The notes below the pieces were generated by a model, which saw only the letters and a program-made list of their open reading frames with translations, was not told the origin of the DNA and did no database searches. Made by a program: the position numbers and the translations under genes. Shown here piece by piece: positions 1-7,666 of a stretch of 64,000 nucleotides of DNA; within the stretch, counting starts at the first letter, position 1; each line of letters starts with the position of its first letter. This DNA comes from Candidatus Uhrbacteria bacterium (GTDB lineage Bacteria > Patescibacteriota > Patescibacteriia > UBA9934): contig JABHCP010000015.1 of the NCBI GenBank assembly GCA_018673485.1, positions 25,529 through 89,528 on the forward strand, written 5' to 3'.

Positions 1-2295
1 TTTGCTGATGCTCGACGTGGTGAGGTTTTGGAGTACGTTAAGCAGAAGTACGGGGAAGATAAGGTTGCTGGGATTATTACTTTTGGAACAATGATGCCGC
101 GATTGGCAGTGCGTGATATGGCCCGTGTTTTGGGGCTTGAGTATGAAGAGGCTGATTTGATCGCGCGGTGCATCCCAGAGCCAGTGCAGGGCCGTCACAC
201 GCCGTTGAAGGTAGCTGAGGTGGAGCATGCTGAGCTTCGGGATCTGCTTAAATCAAATCCAATGGCTCGCAAGGTTATTGATTTAGCAAAGAAGGTTGAG
301 GGTAATCCGCGTCACACATCGCAACACGCCTGTGGAATTGTGATTGGAGACGTACCGCTTGTTGAGAGGATCGCGCTTAAGGAAGGTCAAAAGGAGGACA
401 TGGCTTATGTATCTCAGTTTTCTTTGGACTCAGCCGAGGCTGCTGGTTTGGTGAAAATGGATTTCTTAGGGCTATCAAACCTAACCATTATTCAAGACGC
501 GCTCGAGATCATCAAGGCGGTTCACGATGTGGATATCGATATTGAGAATGTTCCGCTTGATGATGAGCAGACCTTTGAGCTTTTAGGACGCGGTGAGACG
601 ACCGGTGTATTCCAGCTTGAGTCAGATGGAATGAAGCGCTACATTCGTGATCTTCAACCAACTCAGTTTGAGGACATTATTGCGATGGTTTCATTGTATC
701 GCCCTGGGCCGATGCAGTTTATTGAAAGCTTTATTAAAAGAAAGCACGGTAAGGAAAAGATCACGTATGAGCATCCGCTCATGGAAAATGCTTTCCGTGA
801 GACATATGGAATTCCGGTTTATCAGGAGCAGGTGATGCAAGTCTCCAAAGACATGGCGGGATTTACTGGAGGAAAAGCTGACACATTGCGAAAGGCGATG
901 GGAAAGAAGATCGTAGAGTTGATGGCCAAGATGCGGATTGAGTTCATTGATGGTGCTGTAGAGAAGGGGGTTCAAAAAAAGATTGCTGAGAAGGTGTTCC
1001 AAAAACTAGAAGACTTTGCCGCGTATGGATTTAACAAGTCTCACGCCGCATGTTACGCGATGATTGCTTATCGCACAGCTTATTTGAAGGCGCGCTATCC
1101 GTCTGAGTTTATGGCTGCGGTTATGAATTCGGATATTGGTACAATCGAGCGGATTACTATTGAGGTTGAGGAGTGTAAGCGAATGGGGATCGAGGTGCTG
1201 GCACCTGACGTTAATGAGTCATACCCTGGTTTCGCGGTTGTGCCTGGAACTGGAAACATTCGTTGGGGGTTAGCTGCAATTAAAAATTTTGGATACGAGA
1301 TCGGTAAAGCAATTCAGCTTGAGCGAAAGGAAAACGGTCAGTATGAGGACTTAGCTGACTTTGTTGCGCGCGTTCCTTCTAAGTATTTTAATAAAAAAGG
1401 GTTGGAGTCATTGATTAAAGCCGGTGCGCTTGATCGTTTTGCAGACCGTGGGCAGTTGGTGTCGAATATGGATCAGTTATTGCTTTTAAATAAGCAATCG
1501 CAAAGAGACAAGGAGCAGAATCAGGTTTCTATGTTTGATTTTGCGCCAGATGTTGCTGAGCAGAAGATTACGCTTAGGCCTTCACCACCACTGACAAAGG
1601 AGCAGATTTTGGACTGGGAACGAGAGTTGCTTGGTATTTATATTTCAGATCATCCGGCAAAGATTATTAAGGAAAAGATTGGTGACTTGGTGGTGATGAC
1701 AAATCAGATACCGGACAAGCAAAAAGACGATCTTGTGCGCATGGCTGGTGTAATTGTTGGTGTACGCAAAATTTTAACAAAGAAAAAACAGGAGCCAATG
1801 GCATTTGTGAGGTTTGAAGATGCTAGCGGACCTATCGATATTGTAGTTTTTCCTAAACTTTATAAAACAGTCGCGCATTGGCTTGATGCGGGAAAGATGG
1901 TGTTGATTGACGGAAAGGTGTCGATTCGTATTTGGGATGAACGAGAAGAGTATTCGGTGTTAGCTGATAAGATTAATGTCTTCACCGAAAAGGATTTCGA
2001 CGAGGTCGTGGTTCACCTTAGGCAAGGATCGTTGTGGGACGGTAAAGAAAATAATGGGTCCGTAGAAGAAGAGGAGGACAACGGAGTATATATCACGGTT
2101 CCTGAGAGCCCAGATCACAATATGATCGTTGAGCTTAGGGCATTACTTAAAGACAGTCCTGGCCGTGAGCAGGTTTACTTATTGGTTGAGTCAGGGAGCG
2201 AGGTGAAAAAGGTCTCAACTGAATATTCAGTAACTAAGGACAGACAGTTGCTTGAGCGGATTGCAGAGATTGTCGGTCCGGGCAATGTGCGATAA
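1..2295 (+). CDS. dnaE: DNA polymerase III alpha subunit, C-terminal portion (5' end lies outside the window)
   Basis: ORF 28..2295 is open to the window edge; DnaE-typical motifs FGYNKSHAACYAMIAYRTAYLKARYP and C-terminal OB/tau-binding region. Confidence 0.9.
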   Translation, partial: FADARRGEVLEYVKQKYGEDKVAGIITFGTMMPRLAVRDMARVLGLEYEEADLIARCIPEPVQGRHTPLKVAEVEHAELRDLLKSNPMARKVIDLAKKVEGNPRHTSQHACGIVIGDVPLVERIALKEGQKEDMAYVSQFSLDSAEAAGLVKMDFLGLSNLTIIQDALEIIKAVHDVDIDIENVPLDDEQTFELLGRGETTGVFQLESDGMKRYIRDLQPTQFEDIIAMVSLYRPGPMQFIESFIKRKHGKEKITYEHPLMENAFRETYGIPVYQEQVMQVSKDMAGFTGGKADTLRKAMGKKIVELMAKMRIEFIDGAVEKGVQKKIAEKVFQKLEDFAAYGFNKSHAACYAMIAYRTAYLKARYPSEFMAAVMNSDIGTIERITIEVEECKRMGIEVLAPDVNESYPGFAVVPGTGNIRWGLAAIKNFGYEIGKAIQLERKENGQYEDLADFVARVPSKYFNKKGLESLIKAGALDRFADRGQLVSNMDQLLLLNKQSQRDKEQNQVSMFDFAPDVAEQKITLRPSPPLTKEQILDWERELLGIYISDHPAKIIKEKIGDLVVMTNQIPDKQKDDLVRMAGVIVGVRKILTKKKQEPMAFVRFEDASGPIDIVVFPKLYKTVAHWLDAGKMVLIDGKVSIRIWDEREEYSVLADKINVFTEKDFDEVVVHLRQGSLWDGKENNGSVEEEEDNGVYITVPESPDHNMIVELRALLKDSPGREQVYLLVESGSEVKKVSTEYSVTKDRQLLERIAEIVGPGNVR

Positions 2296-2298
2296 AAT

Positions 2299-3486
2299 GT
2301 GTATATCAACCTAGGAGGCTTGAACAATAAAAGTATTCATATGACTGCCAAAACATCAGGAAAGCCACTTTCACGATCATTGAGGATTTATCAAAAGATT
2401 GCTATAGCATTTGTGATCGTTTCGTTCATTTTGCTACTTTTTGTTCTCTATCTTTCAATATCTTCAGCAACAATTAGAATCACCCCAGTTCCACAAGTAG
2501 CGAGCTCAAATTTTTCTGTTGAAGTAGTTCCTGAGGCTTTGCAAGAAGGGCAGATTAGCGGATATGTGTTAAATGCAGATTTTCAGAAAGCTCAAGAGTT
2601 CTATCTTCCAGAAGAGGGAGCTGATCCAGTTGAGGGTAGCGCTGGCGGGATTGTAACTTTAATAAACGAGACTTCAAATGATCAGGCATTAGTAGCTACA
2701 ACTCGAGTACTTTCAGAAGAAGGTATTTTGTTCAGGCTCGATGAGGCAATATCGGTACCAGCTGGCGGACAGGTTGATGCGATTGTTCACGCAGATGAGA
2801 CGGGGTTGGCTGGCGAGGTTGGTCCAACACAGTTCACGATCCCGGGACTTTCACTGTCATTGCAAGATGTTATTTACGCAGTGAGTATCGATTCAATGAC
2901 GGGCGGAGTTAAGTACGTGCGCGTGCTAACTGATTCTGATTTAGAGGATGCCGCTGCAACGCTGGAGGCTGAGATATTGGAAGGTGCGAAAACAGAGCTT
3001 GCAGAGCTCGTAGACGTAGATGAGTTTGACGGAGTAACTTATCTTATTGAAGAGATCGAGCGAGTGGTAGATCAGGAGCTTGGAGTTGAAGTAGGATCGT
3101 TCACCGCTTCGCTGACACTAAGCGTGACGGCCGTATATTACAGCGGTGAGGCATTGCAGGATTATGCAGTAGCCGATTTACAATCAAGAATTTCTGAAAA
3201 TTATGACTTAGCGCAAGTTAGCGAAGACGGAGCTCAGGTCGAAATCCGTTCAGCTGACATAGAGAGTGAAGAGGCAACGTTGAACGTATATATTGATGGA
3301 ACTGCAGTTATATCATCATCGAGTGATGTGCTCGATAAAGATCGACTGGTAGGCCGATCGCCAAGCGAGGTAATAACAATTTTGCAGGCCTCAGAGCTCA
3401 TTGAGGACGTATCGGTAGCATTCACTCCGTTCTGGTTGAAGCGTGTGCCAACGCTCAAGGATCATATTAAGATTATAATTGATTAA
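2299..3486 (+). CDS. hypothetical membrane-anchored protein (single N-terminal TM, extracytoplasmic domain)
   Basis: 395 aa ORF 3 nt after dnaE stop; hydrophobic segment IAIAFVIVSFILLLFVLYLSI; no recognisable catalytic motif. Confidence 0.45.
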   Translation: MYINLGGLNNKSIHMTAKTSGKPLSRSLRIYQKIAIAFVIVSFILLLFVLYLSISSATIRITPVPQVASSNFSVEVVPEALQEGQISGYVLNADFQKAQEFYLPEEGADPVEGSAGGIVTLINETSNDQALVATTRVLSEEGILFRLDEAISVPAGGQVDAIVHADETGLAGEVGPTQFTIPGLSLSLQDVIYAVSIDSMTGGVKYVRVLTDSDLEDAAATLEAEILEGAKTELAELVDVDEFDGVTYLIEEIERVVDQELGVEVGSFTASLTLSVTAVYYSGEALQDYAVADLQSRISENYDLAQVSEDGAQVEIRSADIESEEATLNVYIDGTAVISSSSDVLDKDRLVGRSPSEVITILQASELIEDVSVAFTPFWLKRVPTLKDHIKIIID

Positions 3487-3503
3487 TTAGTAATAAATTT
3501 TGT

Positions 3504-3887
3504 ATGGGAACAGGAGATGTTCGAACGAGTTATGAACCTAGAGTGGAATCTAGCGGTGGTGGTATGTGGGATGCGACTCCCGAAGTTGGTTCGCTCACTA
3601 GAGATCAGGTTGAGGCAGTTTACAGTGGAGACACCACTGTCGTGTTGGATAAATTTAAAGAAATGACACCAGAGGTAAGAGACAGAGCGATAATTGGGCT
3701 CAGTACAGACATATCAGAGGCTATTATGGGATTGTGCGAAATGACAGCTGCTCTTGAAAGTTTCAGTGATCCAGAAAATGAAAAGTTGGTCCGTCAAGCA
3801 CTTGATAGTATTGATAAACTTTCAGCGTTAGATAATGAAGCTATGGGCCTTTTTGAAGGTGCAGGCTTTGACATGGGAGACGAGTAA
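3504..3887 (+). CDS. hypothetical small acidic protein
   Basis: 127 aa ORF, same strand, tightly packed after previous gene. Confidence 0.35.
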   Translation: MGTGDVRTSYEPRVESSGGGMWDATPEVGSLTRDQVEAVYSGDTTVVLDKFKEMTPEVRDRAIIGLSTDISEAIMGLCEMTAALESFSDPENEKLVRQALDSIDKLSALDNEAMGLFEGAGFDMGDE

Positions 3888-3903
3888 AGATTTTGTGTAA
3901 TTT

Positions 3904-3931
3904 AAAGCCTGGCTTTACAAGGTCAGGCTTT
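3904..3931 (+). terminator. hairpin AAAGCCTG-12 nt loop-CAGGCTTT; weak intrinsic terminator, member of a 3-copy hairpin motif family
   Basis: perfect 8 bp stem read directly; similar hairpins at 15950-15990 and 23885-23911. Confidence 0.35.
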
Positions 3932-4039
3932 GTGATTTAGATGAGCAACTTGAACACTTTGAACCTTTTGGTGTACTATATATCTACGCAATGAAGAGGC
4001 TTCACTAACCTTTGAGCTGTGGTTCTACAGCGCTTCTGT

Positions 4040-4180
4040 AGAGAAAAGAGATGCTCTTAATCGAGACTGGTTAAGTAGCAAGCTCGGGTGGAACCGTTTC
4101 GATCGTTTGATCGGAGCCCCGGGGCTGGTCTATATGGATCAGGCTCGGTTATTTATTTGTCCAATCACTCGGCGTTGCCT
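4040..4180 (+). promoter_or_regulatory. candidate T-box leader upstream of thrS
   Basis: GGGTGGAACCG at 4086-4096 matches the conserved T-box core AGGGTGGNACCGCG; ~350 nt untranslated leader before an aminoacyl-tRNA synthetase gene; palindrome AGCCCCGGGGCT immediately downstream. Confidence 0.3.
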
Positions 4181-4189
4181 TTGCTTGTT

Positions 4190-4254
4190 GAAAATGTTTA
4201 AGTTGTTTATTTCGAAATAAACACTTTAAGCATTTTAGACAATTTAAACATCCT
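4190..4254 (+). promoter_or_regulatory. conserved 5' motif copy 1 (contains 18 bp perfect palindrome GTTTATTTCGAAATAAAC) directly upstream of thrS start
   Basis: TGTTTAAGTTGTTTATTTCGAAATAAACACTTTAAGCAT...TTTAAACAT; near-identical copies at 60607-60680 and 63916-64000. Confidence 0.4.
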
Positions 4255-6069
4255 ATGAACAAAGAAGAACTACAAAAAATGAGACATAGTTGTGCGCATT
4301 TGCTTGCTGCGGCTGTGCAAAAAATGTATCCAGACGCAAAGTTTGGAGTTGGTCCCGCGGTGGATAACGGATTTTATTATGATATTTCATTACCTCAGAC
4401 GATTTCTGAATCTGACTTGAAGTCGATCGAGAAAACGATGAAAAAACTCACCAACCATAAGTTGGAGATGGTGCGTGAGGAAATGTCGCTTGATGATGCT
4501 GTTAAGTTTTTCCAAGATAAGGATCAAGATTTTAAAGTTGAGCTTCTTAAAGATCTTAAAGAACGTGGAACTACAAAAGTGGGTGAGGACTTATCAGATG
4601 AGGTTGACCTTGAGAACCCTGATCAAGTGTCGATTTATCACACTGGTGAGTTTGCTGATTTGTGTCGTGGTCCGCATGTTGATCACATTGGTGAGACGGG
4701 AGTCTTTAAGCTTATCAAGGTAGCAGGTGCTTATTGGCGCGGTGATGATAGTAAAGCACAGATGCAGCGTATTTATGGAGTGTGCTTTACAACCAAGGAG
4801 GAGCTTAGTGAATACCAGGCAATGATTGAGGAAGCGAAGAAGCGTGATCATAGAAAAATAATTAAGGATTTGGATTTGGTCACATTTTCAGAGCTCGTAG
4901 GTCCTGGTCTGCCACTTTGGACTCCAAGAGGAACTATTGTGCGAAATGCACTTAATGATTTTGTATGGAGCCTCAGAAAACAGTATGGATATGAGGAGGT
5001 TACCATTCCACATATTACTAAAAAAGATTTGTACGAAACTAGTGGGCATTGGGAGAAATTTAAAGACGATCTTTTCAAGATTGTTACCCGTGAAGGTCAT
5101 GAGTTTGCAATGAAGCCAATGAACTGCCCGCATCACACTCAGATTTTTGCCGCTCAACAACGTAGTTATCGCGATTTACCACAGCGCTATGCAGAGACAA
5201 CGATGGTTTATCGTGACGAGCAGACAGGTGAGCTGTCAGGTTTATCTCGAGTTCGGAGTATCACACAAGATGATGCACATGTATTTTGCAGAGAGTCACA
5301 GGTTCGCACTGAGGCGTTTAAAATTTGGAATATCGTTGAAGCATTTTATGGACAGTTCGGTTTTGATCTTCGTATTCGTCTCTCTGCTCACGATCCAGAA
5401 AACATGAAAGCTTACTTGGGTTCAGTAGAGCAGTGGGATAATAATGTCGAGATTCTTAAAACTTGGATGGATGAACGTGGTACTAAGGATTATGAGTATG
5501 GAGTAGGTGAGGCTGCCTTCTATGGTCCAAAGGTAGACTTCATCGCTAAAGATGCGATCGGTCGTGAGTGGCAGGTAGCAACAATCCAGGTTGATCGGCA
5601 TATGCCAGAGAGGTTTGGTCTGAAGTGTATTAACGAAGATGGAGCAGAGGAGCCTGTTGTTATGGTGCACGCTGCGATCATGGGAGCGATCGAGAGATTT
5701 GCTGCAGTGCTAATCGAACACACTGCCGGGTCGTTACCAATGTGGGCAATGCCAGAGCAAGTTCGATTGGTGCCAGTTAGTGATGACTTTGTTAAGTACG
5801 CAAGCGAGATTGAGCGCCAGCTTAAGGAAGTTGATGTACGCGTGATGATTGACGCTAGCGCTGAGGGAGTCGGTAAAAAGATTCGCAAAGCAGCAATGGA
5901 GAAGGTGCCGTGGACTGTAGTCATTGGAGAAAAGGAAGAGCAGGGAGGTAGCTTTGTGGTGAATGTGTTTGGAGACGAGAAGGACCTAGGTATTGCTCAA
6001 GATGTATTCGTAGATGAGGTCTTGAAATGCTCAAAAATACCACAAGTAGATTTGCCCGAAGTCGAATAG
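4255..6069 (+). CDS. thrS: threonyl-tRNA synthetase
   Basis: N-terminal HSCAHLLAAAV editing-domain motif, class II core FAMKPMNCPHHTQIF, 604 aa. Confidence 0.95.
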   Translation: MNKEELQKMRHSCAHLLAAAVQKMYPDAKFGVGPAVDNGFYYDISLPQTISESDLKSIEKTMKKLTNHKLEMVREEMSLDDAVKFFQDKDQDFKVELLKDLKERGTTKVGEDLSDEVDLENPDQVSIYHTGEFADLCRGPHVDHIGETGVFKLIKVAGAYWRGDDSKAQMQRIYGVCFTTKEELSEYQAMIEEAKKRDHRKIIKDLDLVTFSELVGPGLPLWTPRGTIVRNALNDFVWSLRKQYGYEEVTIPHITKKDLYETSGHWEKFKDDLFKIVTREGHEFAMKPMNCPHHTQIFAAQQRSYRDLPQRYAETTMVYRDEQTGELSGLSRVRSITQDDAHVFCRESQVRTEAFKIWNIVEAFYGQFGFDLRIRLSAHDPENMKAYLGSVEQWDNNVEILKTWMDERGTKDYEYGVGEAAFYGPKVDFIAKDAIGREWQVATIQVDRHMPERFGLKCINEDGAEEPVVMVHAAIMGAIERFAAVLIEHTAGSLPMWAMPEQVRLVPVSDDFVKYASEIERQLKEVDVRVMIDASAEGVGKKIRKAAMEKVPWTVVIGEKEEQGGSFVVNVFGDEKDLGIAQDVFVDEVLKCSKIPQVDLPEVE

Positions 6070-6079
6070 TTGACATTGA

Positions 6080-6107
6080 AATCCCCTCGAGCAATCGAGG
6101 GGTTTTT
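6080..6107 (+). terminator. intrinsic terminator after thrS
   Basis: AAATCCCCTCGA-GCAA-TCGAGGGGTTTTT hairpin plus U-run. Confidence 0.6.
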
Positions 6108-6298
6108 GTATCCATCACTCTCTTCCATCTCGAGGAGTGTACGACGAGAGATCTGCTCAGTTCGAAAAGATCTCTCCCCATCGACAAGCTCAGGATCTAA
6201 CAACTGGACGTCGAGATGGAAGTTCTGGCAGGGGTTTTTCTATCCCCATGGTTGTTTTTTAGCACTCTGCGATGATATAATATAACCACAATTCAAAC

Positions 6299-7666
6299 AT
6301 GAAAAATATGAAGACAAGATCACTTGCCTTATTGCTTTGTAATGTTTCAATCATTGCAATGGTTTTGGTTCCATTCACCTTTATGGTGCATGTTCCAGAG
6401 GCACAAGCTGCAACCATAACCGCATACTGTGATGGTACGGCAGCTTCTCCGGTTGTGCCAACAGATGCACCAGGTGGTTCCGAGCTTGATGAAGGATCCT
6501 GGACAACATCGGACAACGTAACTTTCCTAAATGGAAACAATGATGGGTACTGTGTTTTAGATAAAGAAATAGATGTAGCGTCAGTTACAATCGGTAACGG
6601 CCTAGCAGATGGATTTGACTATGCATTCCTAACTCACGCTGCAGCAGGTTGGGACAACGATCCCACTGGAGGTTTCGATATGCAGGGGGTGCTTATATCT
6701 ACATCGGGTAATTTTACAATTTATGCCGGTAACGGGATTAGTGCAGATAGTAAGGGGTGTGTAGGTGCTGGGACTTATAATGGCTATGGTCCAAATGGAT
6801 CAAATGTTTGTACATTGGGTGCAACTGGCTATGGTCCCGGTTTTAACTCTACTGGTAAAGGAGTTGCAGGTGCTGGTCATGGAGGAGCTGGTGGTGCTGG
6901 ATCGAGTGCAAACGGGACTGGAGCGTATTATGGATCTAATACAGCACCTATATTATTCGGCTCTTCTGGAGGAAATGTAACTTCAGCGGCATTGGGAGGC
7001 TCTGGAGGAGGACTTGTCAGGCTAGATGTTTCAGGAAGTTTCACACACAACGGATCTATTACGGCAGATGGCGGAGATGGTGGCGTGGTTGATGTTGGAG
7101 ATAAGGCTGCAGGTGGAGGATCTGGAGGATCTATTTATGTGACTGTTGTGGGGGCATTTGCTGGTAGTACAGGAACATTCTCTGCAGATGGTGGCGCTGG
7201 TGCTAATGATGATGCTCAAGATGGTGGTGGAGGTGGAGGAGGACGTGTTTCACTTAACTATGGATCCAGTACTTTTTCTGGATTGGGAAGTGAAGATTTT
7301 ACTGTAACGGGTGGAACAGCTACAGGTACAGCGGTAGCTGGTGACCTTGGAACTGTTTATGTAAAAGATACAACTGCAAGTGCAGTAACTATCTATCATG
7401 GGTTTACGTATGATTCAGATTTTAGTGAGACGACTTGGACCGTGGATTCATCTGCTACGGGTCAATACTGCGATGGTGCTTCAGATGCAACACCTTCGAT
7501 TACAGTCTCAGGAGCCCTTACTCTTGCAGGTACTTTAGACTGTACACACGCATCTGTCACAGGTTTTGACACCGCTGCAGGTACTAGTGTTACTTTGAGC
7601 AGTCTTACTTATACAATGAATGCTACAGCTGCAGGGGGAGTCCCCAGATATTTGGACAATGAATGA
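6299..7666 (+). CDS. secreted glycine-rich surface protein, N-terminal part (probably the 5' portion of one larger gene interrupted by a frame change at a G5 run)
   Basis: signal peptide MKNMKTRSLALLLCNVSIIAMVLVPFTFMVHVPEAQA; Gly-rich module CVGAGTYNGYGP...GGGGGGGRVSLNYG; TATAAT box at 6275-6280. Confidence 0.6.
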   Translation: MKNMKTRSLALLLCNVSIIAMVLVPFTFMVHVPEAQAATITAYCDGTAASPVVPTDAPGGSELDEGSWTTSDNVTFLNGNNDGYCVLDKEIDVASVTIGNGLADGFDYAFLTHAAAGWDNDPTGGFDMQGVLISTSGNFTIYAGNGISADSKGCVGAGTYNGYGPNGSNVCTLGATGYGPGFNSTGKGVAGAGHGGAGGAGSSANGTGAYYGSNTAPILFGSSGGNVTSAALGGSGGGLVRLDVSGSFTHNGSITADGGDGGVVDVGDKAAGGGSGGSIYVTVVGAFAGSTGTFSADGGAGANDDAQDGGGGGGGRVSLNYGSSTFSGLGSEDFTVTGGTATGTAVAGDLGTVYVKDTTASAVTIYHGFTYDSDFSETTWTVDSSATGQYCDGASDATPSITVSGALTLAGTLDCTHASVTGFDTAAGTSVTLSSLTYTMNATAAGGVPRYLDNE

